Positions 61,701 to 64,000 of a stretch of 64,000 nt of DNA are shown here, one piece after another (position 1 is the stretch's first letter; each line of letters begins with the position of its first letter). Both the position numbers and the translations under genes were made by a program. The DNA is taken from the NCBI GenBank assembly GCA_030704615.1, contig CM060731.1, positions 2,046,001-2,110,000 of the forward strand, written 5' to 3'. The notes below the pieces were generated by a model. It did not search any database, was not told the DNA's origin, and worked only from the letters and a program-made list of their open reading frames with translations. Source of the stretch: Takakia lepidozioides. Its lineage: Eukaryota; Plantae; Bryophyta.

Positions 61701-64000
61701 AATCCAGAGAAGTGTACTTTCTGTGTGAACTCAGGGGTGCTTCTGGGACACATTGTGTGTAAGAGGGGACTTCTTGTGGATCCCAGGAAGACAGATGCCA
61801 TTAAAGCCTCTCCACCACCAGTGAATGTTAAGAGTCTAAGGAGATTCCTTGGGCAAACCAGTTATTACAGAAGATTTGTCAAAAGGTATGCACAAATAGC
61901 AGCACCATTGAGCAAGCTACTGAAGAAAGATGCAGTGTTTGCCTGGACAGCTGAATGTCAACGGGCGTTCAAGGAACTTACATTGTCAGTAACAACTACA
62001 CCTGTGCTGATTAACCCTCACTGGCATGTACTATTTCACGTTCACTGCGATGCATCAGGAGAAGCGTTGGGAGCGGTGTTAGCCCAGAATGTTACAGGAA
62101 ATATAGATTCACCTGTGTACTATGCTAGCAGGTTGATGAACAGTGCTGAAAGGAACTATAGCACAACTGAAAGAGAAGCACTGGCAATGATTTATGCAGT
62201 CAAGAAATTCAGGCATTACCTATTGGGAAGAAAGTTTATGTTTTATGTGGATCACCAGGCTCTGATATATCTGGTGAACAAACCTTTGATAAGTGGAAGG
62301 ATAGTGAGGTGGTTGATAATCTTGCATGAGTTTGAGTTCGAAGTTATTTACAAGCCTGGCCGTTTGCATCTTGTGGCAGATCATTTGTCACGACTAACAA
62401 CAGGAGAGGCTGCCACAGGAGTGGACGATCAGTTACCTGATGCGAGTTTATTTGTAATGGAGGTGCAAGGAAGTGCAGATGAATGGTTAGATTGGCAGTG
62501 GCCAATCAGATACTACCTTACTCATGGTCAATGCCCACCTAGTTATGGTAAGGAGCAGAGGAAGAGAATCGCTATCAAAGCTTTACCTTATACTATGGTA
62601 GGAAGCAAAATGTATAAGCTAGGACCTGATGGAGTACTAAAACGATGTTTGTACCACCATGAAGTAAATAAAGTTTTGGAGGAAGTTCATAAAGGAGTGG
62701 CTGGAGGTCATTTTGGAGAAGAGACTACCAGTAGGAAGCTACTACTCGCAGGTTACTGGTGGCCTACTTTGTTCAAAGATGTACACGAGTATTGTCAGAG
62801 TTGTGATGAATGTCAGAGGCTAGGACCTTTGCAGAGATCTGGAAGGATGGCCTTGCATCCTACAATGCCTACGGAACCATTTCAGAAATGGGGACTAGAC
62901 TTTGTTGGACCAATTAACCCACCAGCCAATAATACACGGAACAGGTACATAATTACAGCCACTGATTATACTACGAAATGGGTGGAAGCTAAAGCTTTGA
63001 GGGACAACACAGCCAAGTCCACAGCAAGGTTTCTATATGAGAACATACTTACACGATTTGGCTGTCCCTTAGAATTTATCAGTGATCAGGGAAGTCACTT
63101 CATTAATGAGACCATTGAATTATTGACTAAAGAATTCATGATTGTGCATAGGAAGAGTACAACATATTACCCACAGGGTAATGGACAGGCAGAGGCTACC
63201 AACAAAATACTATGTACTATCTTGGCTAAGATAGTCAATGCAAACAGAACGGATTGGGATACAAAGCTGTTGACAGCTTTGTGGTCATACATGACTTCAT
63301 ATAAAGTCACCACTAAATATACACCATTCCAATTAGTTTATGGTATGGAAGCCTTACTTCCAGTGGCATTCCTGTTACCTACCATGAGAACGGAGTGGGG
63401 AAAGAGAATGGAATTGCAAGATTCCATTAAGGTCAGGAAACATGAATTATACCATGTGGAAGAAGTACGTGCTGATGCAGCTGATAATATGACCAGAATT
63501 CAGATAAAGAGGAAGGAACAGTTTGATGAAGGCAAGTTAAAAACTTTTAAGACGGGAGATTTGGTTCTATGGTTGCAGAAAAAAGGAAAGATTAAAGCTT
63601 CTAAGCTTAAATCACCATGGAAAGGACCTTATGTCATACAAAAGATGTATGATAACAACACCGCCATGTTACAAACCATTAACAAAGAAATGCTGGGAAG
63701 AGTCAATGCCAATAAGTTGAAGGGGTACAGTGGTATCCATGATAAACCATTGCAGCATGATTTGCATGATGAAACGCAAGAGCAGTCACAGGCTGCACCA
63801 GTGTTACGAACGGAGTATGGAGCACTTGTCGCTAGGCCGAGCATATATGACCAGGGAGGGCAAAACAAACATGACACAGCCTATCACAGCCCATCAAGGC
63901 GAAACACAGCCTATCACAGCCAATCACAATGTGACACAGCCTATCACAGCCCATCACGACGTGACATAGCCTATCACAGCCCAACACGGTGCAACACAGC
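58743..64000 (+). mobile_element. Element B3: third family-B copy (mid-gag to integrase tail; runs off the window)
   Basis: Starts ATTCCCTGATAATC (= B1 6330). Stops in gag (e.g. 59556). No long plus-strand ORF is listed for ~59820-64000, consistent with a pol frame open to the window end. Confidence 0.93.

Overview
Eukaryotic repeat DNA, most likely from a non-seed plant or streptophyte (inferred from the element types). The window is almost entirely nested transposable elements, and I see no convincing host gene. Family A (1-19964, minus) is a decayed Ty3/gypsy LTR retrotransposon whose polyprotein reads gag-PR-[C5 DNA cytosine methyltransferase]-RT-RNaseH. Family B is a large non-chromoviral Ty3/gypsy element with extra ORFs before gag and after integrase. 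It has three copies: B1 is complete at 3525-17084 (TSD AGCTC, inserted in A's protease), B2 is at 41786-58742 (minus), and B3 runs from 58743 to the window end. Family C is a chromovirus split into oppositely oriented halves (25314-30505 minus; 37982-39746 plus) by a DNA-transposon insertion followed by a ~7 kb inversion. Family D is a Mutator-like DDE/SWIM DNA transposon with short asymmetric TIRs and three copies (D1, D2, D3; D3 at 46353-53998 has TSD CTCACAGT). D carries a multi-exon ParB/Sulfiredoxin-like accessory gene and arrays of 22-bp CG-centred palindromes on a near-constant 53-bp period. The period and the palindromy are kept, through compensatory substitutions, between diverged subfamilies. 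The best candidates for a new system are the DNMT-bearing gypsy element and the MULE + ParB-like protein + phased palindrome arrays.
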